A stretch of DNA of 63,965 nucleotides, counting the filler, from Octopus bimaculoides (lineage: Eukaryota): assembly GCF_001194135.2 (NCBI RefSeq). It is 5 parts of 5 records of this genome, joined end to end, with 100 filler letters (N's around TTAATTAATTAA, not from the genome) between each part and the next. Parts side by side here need not be neighbours in the genome. Positions count along the whole stretch, not along the records: positions 22,403 to 53,376 come from NC_069009.1; 4 more parts are not named here. The stretch is one strand, 5' to 3'. Below are positions 22,359 to 34,154 of this stretch, one piece after another. The notes under the pieces are model-generated. The model was not told the origin of the DNA and made no database searches. It saw only the letters and a program-made list of their open reading frames with translations. The translations under genes were made by a program, and so were the position numbers. Every line of letters begins with the position of its first letter. Position 1 is the first letter of the stretch.

Positions 22359-25300
22359 NNNNNNNNNNNNNNNNNNNNNNNNNNNNNNNNNNNNNNNNNN
22401 NNTTTCGCCCACCACCGCTACTTGACAACCAGTGCAGATATGATTATGTCCCCAAGTCGACTAAAGAGATTGTTAGAATAAATAAATAAAAAAATGAAAT
22501 CTTGGGGCCGATTTGATCAACTAAAAATTCTTGAAGGCGGTGCACCAGCACGGCCGCAGTCTAAAAGGTAAAATGTACGTCACTAAATTTTATGTAGTAA
22601 AACCACCATTTTGCCTGGATTAGTTTTGAAGAGAGGTTGTAGTAGAGAGGTTTTTGCAACCAAATAAAACAATTTAACCCAATTGTAATTAAAACTTCTC
22701 TTTCAGTAGAGTTTCGGTCATTTGTGGAAGCGCGTGGCTTAGTGTTTACGGTGTTGCACTCTTGATCGTAAGATTGCGGTTTCGATTCCTGGACCGGGCG
22801 ATGCGTTGTGTTCTTGAGCAAAACACTTCATTTCATGCTGCTCCGGTCCACTCAGCTGGTAAAAATGAGTAATTATCCGAGCGACCGCAGAACCGTCCAC
22901 TGTATTGGCTGGTAATAATACATTTGTTTCTTTATTTCTTACAGAACGCTAAACATAGAGGTGACAAACAAGGATAGGCAAAGGGATTAAATCGATTACA
23001 TTGATCCCCAGTGCGTAACTGGCACTTATTTAATCGACCCCGAAAGGAAGAAAAGTAAAATTTGACCTTGGCGGAATTTGAACTCAGGACGTAACGGCAG
23101 ACGAAATACCGCTAAGAATTCTGCCAGCTCGCCGCCCATGATGTTATTCGGAAACACAAAGTTGTGATGTGGAATCATTAACTTGAGGTAAAACTTTGAA
23201 TTCAATATTGTTTCCTATACTATAAATTTCAAATTTATCAAGAAAGGTTTCATTAAATCTATTTTTCAATACTGCAGCAGCCAACTGTGAATTGTTATTT
23301 GTACACCATTAAAATTACAGGGTATTCTTATTCAAGCATCTAATTTCATGTTGATTTAAGGGTATGTTAATTAATTTATAGGCCTCGTGTGCCTTCAACA
23401 AACATCTCTCTCAAAACAAAACTCTGCATTTCAAAATAATCTTTATACACATATGTGTGTAAAGATTATTTTGAAATGCAGANNNNNNNNNNNNNNNNNN
23501 NNNNNNNNNNNNNNNNNNNNNNNNNNNNNNNNNNNNNNNNNNNNNNNNNNNNNNNNNNNNNNNNNNNNNNNNNNNNNNNNNNNNNNNNNNNNNNNNNNNN
23601 NNNNNNNNNNNNNNNNNNNNNNNNNNNNNNNNNNNNNNNNNNNNNNNNNNNNNNNNNNNNNNNNNNNNNNNNNNNNNNNNNNNNNNNNNNNNNNNNNNNN
23701 NNNNNNNNNNNNNNNNNNNNNNNNNNNNNNNNNNNNNNNNNNNNNNNNNNNNNNNNNNNNNNNNNNNNNNNNNNNNNNNNNNNNNNNNNNNNNNNNNNNN
23801 NNNNNNNNNNNNNNNNNNNNNNNNNNNNNNNNNNNNNNNNNNNNNNNNNNNNNNNNNNNNNNNNNNNNNNNNNNNNNNNNNNNNNNNNNNNNNNNNNNNN
23901 NNNNNNNNNNNNNNNNNNNNNNNNNNNNNNNNNNNNNNNNNNNNNNNNNNNNNNNNNNNNNNNNNNNNNNNNNNNNNNNNNNNNNNNNNNNNNNNNNNNN
24001 NNNNNNNNNNNNNNNNNNNNNNNNNNNNNNNNNNNNNNNNNNNNNNATATATATATATATATAAATCAAGGCCGTTCTTCTCAAAACATGGGAGGTCATC
24101 AAAACCACAAAGAATAATGTACAGGCTTCGTCAATAAATACCAGCGGCACATCTTCAAGATCTGGTGGCCGGAAAAAGTTTCAAACAGAAGTTTGTAGGC
24201 TAGAACAGATCAAACTCCCATCAATCAAGAAGACCTACAGAGACTGAAGGATAGAGGAAAGCTGGATGACCTACGATGACCAGGAAAGAATATCTGTAGG
24301 ATGAAGCGAAAGCAATCAGTCTCCATTGTGTGTGGATTTGGTAAGCGGAAACTAAAAGGAGACGTTTGTATATGTGTGTGTGATGTGGCTGTGGTTGTAT
24401 GTGTTTACCCCCACCACTACTTGGCAACCGGTGTTGGTGTTTTTATGTCTCTGTAACTTAGCGTTTCGGCAAAGAGCCTGATAGAACAAATACAAGGCGT
24501 TTAAGAATGTACTGGGGTCAATTTTCGACTAAAGCTTCTTGAAGACAGTGCTGCAGCATGACTGTAGCCTGATAACTGAGACAAATCAGAGATCAGCTGG
24601 ATCGACCAGGCTGTCTGGTGCCGAGTGGGTTCCGGTGGTCACAGCATTCCCTCCATTCCCCTTGTGCTCTCGCCATTCTCCGCTACGTTGTTGCAAGCAT
24701 TCTTCTTAAATCCTCTTCTCACCTGATTGGAGCTCTTCTGAGTATATTATTTACATTATTATATGATGGAACGCCACGCAGTCTCTTCCAAGTAAGTTTT
24801 ATCTTATTAATTCTGATGGGCATTCTATATGATCATTTTACTCTTTCGTTTTTCTTTCTTTTCTTCTCCCACTATTCCATTACTCTGTCACTCTCTCCCT
24901 CACTCCTCCTCCCTTGTTCACGTGGCTCCCACGTGACCATCAGCCATCTTTCTTTCTTTCTCTCCGTTATATCTGGAACAAGGAAGACGTGTTCTTGTTT
25001 GTCTCCTTTCCTAGCTTGCTTTACACGCTACCACAGCTTCGATTAGGCTTAACAGCCCATCCTGTTTGTTTTCATTGTCCTGTTTGTGTTACCTATTTTA
25101 ACCATCCGTAAAATCCCAAATTTTACTTAATTTGCTTTGCGGAAGCAACTGTTTTATCGAAAGCGTATATTGTTGTTAAATGCCCGAAATACGAGACTAG
25201 AAAAACAGTCAACATCTGATGTAGGGTCGTTCTTTATGTTGTTTGTGTCTTTCATTGTATATATATTATTTATATTATTATATGTATATATATGTATAAT

Positions 25301-27523
25301 ATATATTATATATATTATTTCTACATCTCTAGAGATATTCTGTAACAGTACACTAAAGTAAAGATTGTTTGTCAACATAATCTTTACTTTATATATNNNN
25401 NNNNNNNNNNNNNNNNNNNNNNNNNNNNNNNNNNNNNNNNNNNNNNNNNNNNNNNNNNNNNNNNNNNNNNNNNNNNNNNNNNNNNNNNNNNNNNNNNNNN
25501 NNNNNNNNNNNNNNNNNNNNNNNNNNNNNNNNNNNNNNNNNNNNNNNNNNNNNNNNNNNNNNNNNNNNNNNNNNNNNNNNNNNNNNNNNNNNNNNNNNNN
25601 NNNNNNNNNNNNNNNNNNNNNNNNNNNNNNNNNNNNNNNNNNNNNNNNNNNNNNNNNNNNNNNNNNNNNNNNNNNNNNNNNNNNNNNNNNNNNNNNNNNN
25701 NNNNNNNNNNNNNNNNNNNNNNNNNNNNNNNNNNNNNNNNNNNNNNNNNNNNNNNNNNNNNNNNNNNNNNNNNNNNNNNNNNNNNNNNNNNNNNNNNNNN
25801 NNNNNNNNNNNNNNNNNNNNNNNNNNNNNNNNNNNNNNNNNNNNNNNNNNNNNNNNNNNNNNNNNNNNNNNNNNNNNACGTAAGGATATTGTATCTGCAG
25901 TTCCATTATTTAAGCAGAATGGTGTATATATAATTTTCCTGTACCTTGTGTGTGAATTCCAATGGAGTTTATAATTGGTTATTCCAAGCATAGAGTCTTA
26001 TAAATAGTGTTATACGATCGAGTTTTTTTTTTGAAGTGATTTAAAAGTTGGGAATGTGTTCATAAGGCCAAATCAAAAATAGGAAGAGAAAAAAGTGAGA
26101 CACAATAAACAAGTGATGAAAGAGGTGTGTTAACTAGTGGTCAGGATAAAATGATAGAAGGAAGGGTGACGTGAGAGAGGGAGAGAGAGAGAGAGAGGGA
26201 GAGAGAGAGAGAGGAAGAGATAAGAGGGTAAAGAGTAAAAGAGTGTGAGGTATGTTAGCAGGGGTGTTGTAACGTAGCCACATTAAGGGATGTGTATATA
26301 ACGTGTAGAGAGAAGGTAAGAGTAATAAAATTGAGGTGGAATGAAGAATGAAAAATATAAGTCAAGTTGCTTAAATGGGCTGGTTAGTTGTGAGTAGTAG
26401 AAGAAATAAAGAATGTATGTGTGAAAGTGTGTACACACATACGTACCCACACCTGTATATACACCAACACATATATACGCACACAAACTCTTGTATGTTA
26501 CACGCATTCACACATATCCACACTCATTTGTATTTATTTTTGTATATATATAGATACTTGCATACATAAATACATGCATGCAGAGTCACACACGCGCATA
26601 AATATATGCAAGTGTATATATACACACACGCACACACACACACATAGAGGCGGGTGGGTATGCGTATATATANNNNNNNNNNNNNNNNNNNNNNNNNNNN
26701 NNNNNNNNNNNNNNNNNNNNNNNNNNNNNNNNNNNNNNNNNNNNNNNNNNNNNNNNNNNNNNNNNNNNNNNNNNNNNNNNNNNNNNNNNNNNNNNNNNNN
26801 NNNNNNNNNNNNNNNNNNNNNNNNNNNNNNNNNNNNNNNNNNNNNNNNNNNNNNNNNNNNNNNNNNNNNNNNNNNNNNNNNNNNNNNNNNNNNNNNNNNN
26901 NNNNNNNNNNNNNNNNNNNNNNNNNNNNNNNNNNNNNNNNNNNNNNNNNNNNNNNNNNNNNNNNNNNNNNNNNNNNNNNNNNNNNNNNNNNNNNNNNNNN
27001 NNNNNNNNNNNNNNNNNNNNNNNNNNNNNNNNNNNNNNNNNNNNNNNNNNNNNNNNNNNNNNNNNNNNNNNNNNNNNNNNNNNNNNNNNNNNNNNNNNNN
27101 NNNNNNNNNNNNNNNNNNNNNNNNNNNNNNNNNNNNNNNNNNNNNNNNNNNNNNNNNNNNNNNNNNATATATATATGTATGTATCTACACATACTCATAT
27201 ACGAATCCATAGTTGTATAAAGTGTCTATACCTATAATCACATATACTCACATGTACCCGCTTGCATGTTCATATATGTATACATATGCATGTATACACA
27301 CACATACATATATACATGTACATATATACATACACATATATATATAAATACATACACACCTACATACATACACACATACACATATATACATATAAATACA
27401 TATATACATACACATACATGCATATATATACATAAATATATACATATATAATACATACATATAGACACACGTACGTACACACAACACATACACACATATA
27501 TATTATATATGTATTATATATAT

Positions 27524-27599
<76 letters not shown>

Positions 27600-27668
27600 N
27601 NNNNNNNNNNNNNNNNNNNNNNNNNNNNNNNNNNNNNNNNNNNNNNNNNNNNNNNNNNNNNNNNNNNN

Positions 27669-27706
<38 letters not shown>

Positions 27707-28572
27707 CATATATATTATATATATATAATATATATATTTTATATATACATCATATATATTATATGGATATTATTTATATAATACGTATATATATATAATA
27801 TATTATATATGATATATATATATAATATATTATATATGATATATATATATAATATAAATATGTATGTGTGTGTATATGAATATACATACATACATCTTCC
27901 GTCCTTCTTTGACAGGTCTTATTTTTCGTCCTGCAGGGTGTCCAACAATCACCCTCCTCACCAAGGAAGCTTGGTGGGGTTGCCAGTTTAGACGCCGACG
28001 ACCCGACCAGAATCAGATTCCAAAGGGCACTTGTGTTTTAAACCCTGTCAGTCAGCAACTGGTCTGAAAAGTCATCTAAGGGCTCATCAACGGAGTGATT
28101 GAACTGTGTGATGAGGTGTGGTGTGTGCATTGATGGGACGGCTGTCATCTCTCAAGATGAAAAAATCATCACATACATACATATATTGTTCCACTATATA
28201 TAAGATAATGAGTTTGTGATTATTCTGGAATGTTTCCCGTAAACACACAAACTGACAAGCAATAACGTTTATGATTAAAATATCTTTAATTAACGAAATG
28301 ATAAAAAATACAACAATGATGTAGTGTATAAGTGACATAGTGGGATGATAGGATTGTCATCATGTGACCTTGTGTGATGATGTCCTGATGTGATGATCAC
28401 GTAATATGGAGATGACCCGAGTCATATGAAGGTCACCAGAGATGAGATAACCTGCTATGGATGTGACCCCATAGAGGTATCTTGCTCTGAGTGGTTTAAA
28501 ATTGACTGGTGATTATGTTTCCAATGTTCTGTGTAAGCCGGTGTCTTATTACCAGCTAGTGAAGGTTTATAC

Positions 28573-28824
28573 CAGTGCTCCTCAGCCGGGGTTCATGTGG
28601 CCTTTGAGGATCCATATAAGAATTTCTTGTTAAAATTCATGTGCAATAAATTGGTAATGTTCCTATATCACACAAAATATTTTAAGCTTGTAATGCACTT
28701 CCTAACAATATTTAATAATAAAAATAAGATTTTAAAAGAAAACAAAAATCAATAGCTATATGGATCCATTAAGTAAAATAGGAACGAAACGGGTCCTTAG
28801 GTAAAAAGTGGTTGAGAAGCACTG
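28573..28824. mobile_element. hAT (Charlie-type) MITE
   Basis: TIRs cagtgctcctcagcc / ggttgagaagcactg; 8-bp TSD gtttatac / gtttagac (7 of 8 match). Confidence 0.85.
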
Positions 28825-28991
28825 GTTTAGACTATGTGTATCTAGGACTACATTATGTAATGTATAATATAGATAGTAGTAACTGGTATAGTCATTGATG
28901 TTGGTTAGATAGCATGTCAACTTCGATTGAGAAGAATCGTGGAAAAGAACAAGTGATAAGCATTCCATTAATGGCCATCTCGCCAATTGTT

Positions 28992-29224
28992 TCAGCTACT
29001 TCCAGGTGGCGTCAAAGATGTTTTATTTACTGGCAGCTTCATTCTTGATATAACAGTTTTATTCGTTGGGAGAGTAGAGTTGAGGTTTGCACTCGGTGCC
29101 AGATGACACAGACTCCCTCTCCGTGCAAACCTATCCGGGCAATCGCAATAGTTAGATCCAGGCGTATTAACACATTTGAGAGGGAAAGGACATCCACCAT
29201 TGTTGCACCTACATTCGTCGATGT
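28992..29224 (-). CDS. Gene B terminal exon: cbEGF 6 plus tail ([77 protein letters not shown])
   Basis: Acceptor tttttctctccttattttcag, phase 1, TGA at 28994-28992. Confidence 0.85.
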
Positions 29225-30463
29225 CTGAAAATAAGGAGAGAAAAATAACATAAATAAAATATAATAGTGAGGAGAATAAACAAAAATATAAGAAATATAT
29301 ATATCTTTTTTTGTTTGACTGCCACTTTTCAACCTTTTTTTGTTCCAATTGATTTCAAATTTGGTGTATTTATGTAGTTATGTATGCTAATTATTGACAT
29401 GAAATTCATTTTCGTCATAAAACAATAAATAAACGGTTAATAACTTTTAAAGTTTACAACTTTGGAGTAATTCTAGCCAATCGAAACCCAGACATATAGG
29501 TGTTGTTTCCATAGTAACAAGCCAAACGTTGGACCTCTTGTTTACAAAAAACCACGTGCGTTTAAAAAACTGATACTGTACGCTGGGTCTTTCTGCTTTT
29601 ACGCATCTGCTGCTGTTCTGGATATTTTGCGTTGCATTTTCGATACTCACAACCAGAATGCTTAAAACTACAAAATACATGTTGTTTCCTCTTTTCTTTC
29701 AGGTAATTTTTCTCTTATTAAATGCTTAAATCATGTCCCATCGACGCGATGTTTACAGTTTTCTTTTGTCATCTTACGATTGCAGTCACATTCATGTATG
29801 TTTATAAAGATGGATAGTCATATATATATANNNNNNNNNNNNNNNNNNNNNNNNNNNNNNNNNNNNNNNNNNNNNNNNNNNNNNNNNNNNNNNNNNNNNN
29901 NNNNNNNNNNNNNNNNNNNNNNNNNNNNNNNNNNNNNNNNNNNNNNNNNNNNNNNNNNNNNNNNNNNNNNNNNNNNNNNNNNNNNNNNNNNNNNNNNNNN
30001 NNNNNNNNNNNNNNNNNNNNNNNNNNNNNNNNNNNNNNNNNNNNNNNNNNNNNNNNNNNNNNNNNNNNNNNNNNNNNNNNNNNNNNNNNNNNNNNNNNNN
30101 NNNNNNNNNNNNNNNNNNNNNNNNNNNNNNNNNNNNNNNNNNNNNNNNNNNNNNNNNNNNNNNNNNNNNNNNNNNNNNNNNNNNNNNNNNNNNNNNNNNN
30201 NNNNNNNNNNNNNNNNNNNNNNNNNNNNNNNNNNNNNNNNNNNNNNNNNNNNNNNNNNNNNNNNNNNNNNNNNNNNNNNNNNNNNNNNNNNNNNNNNNNN
30301 NNNNNNNATATGAGCGTTCAGCCTTTGTCGAACGACCTGTAGAAATGATTTGTTTATTGTGATCAAATGTTCGTGCCGCACATTAGCTCTCTCTATCAAA
30401 TCGACGTTGTCTGAGCAGGTGCACTGTGTAACTCGTGTCAGGCGTCGAAGTGATATATATGTG

Positions 30464-30494
<31 letters not shown>

Positions 30495-33373
30495 GACATA
30501 TGAATCTGAGTCTTGTTGATATGTTACTTGAGGTACACCAACCCAGTATATACATATATATTTCTATTTATAAAAAATGTACACACACACATATGCATTT
30601 GCACTCGCACACATACATACATGAAAGAAAACAGGAATAACGAAACCTTCTAAGAAAGCAGAAAGTTTTCCCAAAACTTCCTTTATATTTCAGGCACAAA
30701 GGCCTGTCTTCGGAAGGAAGAAGTGAACAATAAATGCATTTACAGAGATTTCGATATTTTGAACTGCTCGGTGTTTGGGCTGGCAGCAACAGCAGCAACT
30801 AGCCAATTGTTGGTCGCGGTCGTTGTGACGTATTTTTATGTGGAAGATTGTGCTGGTGGCGAATGTTGGGATGTTCGTCGTTGGCGCAGTGATGTAATCA
30901 TAGGAGCCTTCGCTCCATTTCCGATGACCATTGATTTTCGGGTTGAGCATGTAGATCTACATAGTTTCTTTGAAACGAAATTTCCCTCCGTTCCCGTACG
31001 AAGCTGGTCTGGAGGCGGCCATCTATTCGGTGGTGTTGCCGCATTTGCTTAAGTGTCTGCGGAAGGAAAACTCATCGTTGTTAGGTGTTCCTTCATTCCG
31101 ACGTGGAATGGGCGGACTGTGCTTCAGATGTGATAGTTATAGCATTTGATGCATTGTATTAGGTATACCACGTATGTACGTAGGCACATATACGTGTAAC
31201 GAATAAAGGAGTTCGTCAGTGTACAGGGCTGTTGTTCTGCACATTACTATCTCGTTGATAGGTGCATAGATAGAGACGGTCCCGAATCGGCCTGTAGGAT
31301 GTAGAAGACTTCCCTGCGGATGGCCTTTGTGCCCAAAATATAAAGGTATTATTTTTGTAAAACTCACTGTATCATTAGAAGCTTTCCTTGTTTCTCTTTT
31401 CTTTCATTTCTACCTTTGTACGACAATGCCCATACGTGTCCAAATNNNNNNNNNNNNNNNNNNNNNNNNNNNNNNNNNNNNNNNNNNNNNNNNNNNNNNN
31501 NNNNNNNNNNNNNNNNNNNNNNNNNNNNNNNNNNNNNNNNNNNNNNNNNNNNNNNNNNNNNNNNNNNNNNNNNNNNNNNNNNNNNNNNNNNNNNNNNNNN
31601 NNNNNNNNNNNNNNNNNNNNNNNNNNNNNNNNNNNNNNNNNNNNNNNNNNNNNNNNNNNNNNNNNNNNNNNNNNNNNNNNNNNNNNNNNNNNNNNNNNNN
31701 NNNNNNNNNNNNNNNNNNNNNNNNNNNNNNNNNNNNNNNNNNNNNNNNNNNNNNNNNNNNNNNNNNNNNNNNNNNNNNNNNNNNNNNNNNNNNNNNNNNN
31801 NNNNNNNNNNNNNNNNNNNNNNNNNNNNNNNNNNNNNNNNNNNNNNNNNNNNNNNNNNNNNNNNNNNNNNNNNNNNNNNNNNNNNNNNNNNNNNNNNNNN
31901 NNNNNNNNNNNNNNNNNNNNNNNNNNNNNNNNNNNNNNNNNNNNNNNNNNNNNNNNNNNNNNNNNNNNNNNNNNNNNNNNNNNNNNNNNNNNNNNNNNNN
32001 NNNNNNNNNNNNNNNNNNNNNNNNNNNNNNNNNNNNNNNNNNNNNNNNNNNNNNNNNNNNNNNNNNNNNNNNNNNNNNNNNNNNNNNNNNNNNNNNNNNN
32101 NNNNNNNNNNNNNNNNNNNNNNNNNNNNNNNNNNNNNNNNNNNNNNNNNNNNNNNNNNNNNNNNNNNNNNNNNNNNNNNNNNNNNNNNNNNNNNNNNNNN
32201 NNNNNNNNNNNNNNNNNNNNNNNNNNNNNNNNNNNNNNNNNNNNNNNNNNNNNNNNNNNNNNNNNNNNNNNNNNNNNNNNNNNNNNNNNNNNNNNNNNNN
32301 TATATATGTCGAAGAAAGAGCACAGGGCAGTAAGTGAAGGGGCTGGCAAAGAACGCAGTTGACATACTACTAAGAAGTTATTGGACGAGATTGGTCAACC
32401 ACTTCATCGGCTTGGTTTTCATCATAATGTCATCAATGCACTACAAGCGTACGATACATGACGACGACGACGACGACGTTATACACATATATTTAGAGAG
32501 GAAGAGGATGGGGAGAGAATGTATATTAGTCTGTGTAGTAGTGTGTTGTAGTAAAACCTACAGGGAGGAAGGTGCTAGTGTGTGTGTGTATGTGCGTGTG
32601 TGCGAGTGTGAGTGCAGGCGTGCGTCTGTGACTGTATGTGTACCTGTGTTTATGTGTGAGTGTGCGCGTTCGTGTGTGCGTGTGTCTGTCTGTGAGTGTG
32701 TGTACGTGTGTGTTTGTGTGTGTCGTATGTGTGTCTGTGTCTCTGTGTCTGTGTGCGTGTTCGTCAATGAAATAGAATATCGTAGTAAAATGCTTAACTT
32801 ACCCACACAGTAACGATTCATAAATATTTGAAAACCTTTAGCACAAGAGCAAACGTAGGAGCCGGGTGTATTGGTACATGTTTGGTTGCAGATTCCTTTA
32901 TTCTGACATTCGTCGATATCTATGAAATAAATACATACATATACAAATAACAATAACAACAACTATATCAATATTATTCTTTTTTTTAAGGCGGCGAGCT
33001 GGCAGAAACGTTAGCACACCGGACGAAATGCTTAGNNNNNNNNNNAGGCGGCGAGCTGGCAGAAACGTTAGCACACCGGACGAAATGCTTAGCGGCATTT
33101 CGTCCGTCTTTACGTTCAGAGTTCAAATTCCGCCGAGGTCACCTTTGCTTTTCATCCTTTCGGGGTCGATTAAATAAGTACCAGTTACGCACTGAGGTCG
33201 ATATAACCGACTTAATCCGTTTGTCTGTCCCTGTTTGTCACCTCTGTGTGTAGCCCCTTGTGGGCAGTAAAGAAATAAGAAACGTTACTTGATTCAGCCA
33301 GGTAATTCATCAAATAACTGAATTATTCCCCAACATAACTGAATGATATACTTTTATGGTAACATATACATTT

Positions 33374-33415
<42 letters not shown>

Positions 33416-34077
33416 TTCAGAGAGAGAGGGTTGGAATAGAGAGAGAGAGAGAGAATTGAGAATGAAGGTAGGCTAATCAGTTCTCATATAATGATACATA
33501 CAAGCAGCCAGAGAACTTATATGCATAAATTTCTTAAATGGCTTATAAACACCTTCCTCGCTGCAATTGTTTTCGTTCCAACACACGATCTCAGATCAGG
33601 TCACTTGCTATGCAGGTGCATCTCCGTATATATATATATATATATATNNNNNNNNNNNNNNNNNNNNNNNNNNNNNNNNNNNNNNNNNNNNNNNNNNNNN
33701 NNNNNNNNNNNNNNNNNNNNNNNNNNNNNNNNNNNNNNNNNNNNNNNNNNNNNNNNNNNNNNNNNNNNNNNNNNNNNNNNNNNNNNNNNNNNNNNNNNNN
33801 NNNNNNNNNNNNNNNNNNNNNNNNNNNNNNNNNNNNNNNNNNNNNNNNNNNNNNNNNNNNNNNNNNNNNNNNNNNNNNNNNNNNNNNNNNNNNNNNNNNN
33901 NNNNNNNNNNNNNNNNNNNNNNNNNNNNNNNNNNNNNNNNNNNNNNNNNNNNNNNNNNNNNNNNNNNNNNNNNNNNCAGTGTAAACTGTGAAACCGTTTA
34001 AAGCTACAAATATTTTAATATAGCATATTTTAACAATTCTCAATGCATTTTCAACTTCTATTTTTCATCTATCTATC

Positions 34078-34154
<77 letters not shown>

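Noticed and set aside
25093-25105. ATG GTT AAA ATA G|gtaaca as exon 1 of gene A (would give MVKIVYCSLALTRSCSICQG)
   Set aside because: The phase fits, but it lies in repeat-like DNA with weak start context and only a marginal signal peptide; the true exon 1 may be in a gap.
25180-25230. GAAA ... CTGATG(T)AGGG arrangement resembling a permuted hammerhead
   Set aside because: The core is mutated, and stems I and III cannot be formed.
32987-33095. Apparent tandem duplication of a SINE head
   Set aside because: Two identical ~49-bp copies on either side of a 10-N gap are typical of an unmerged contig overlap.
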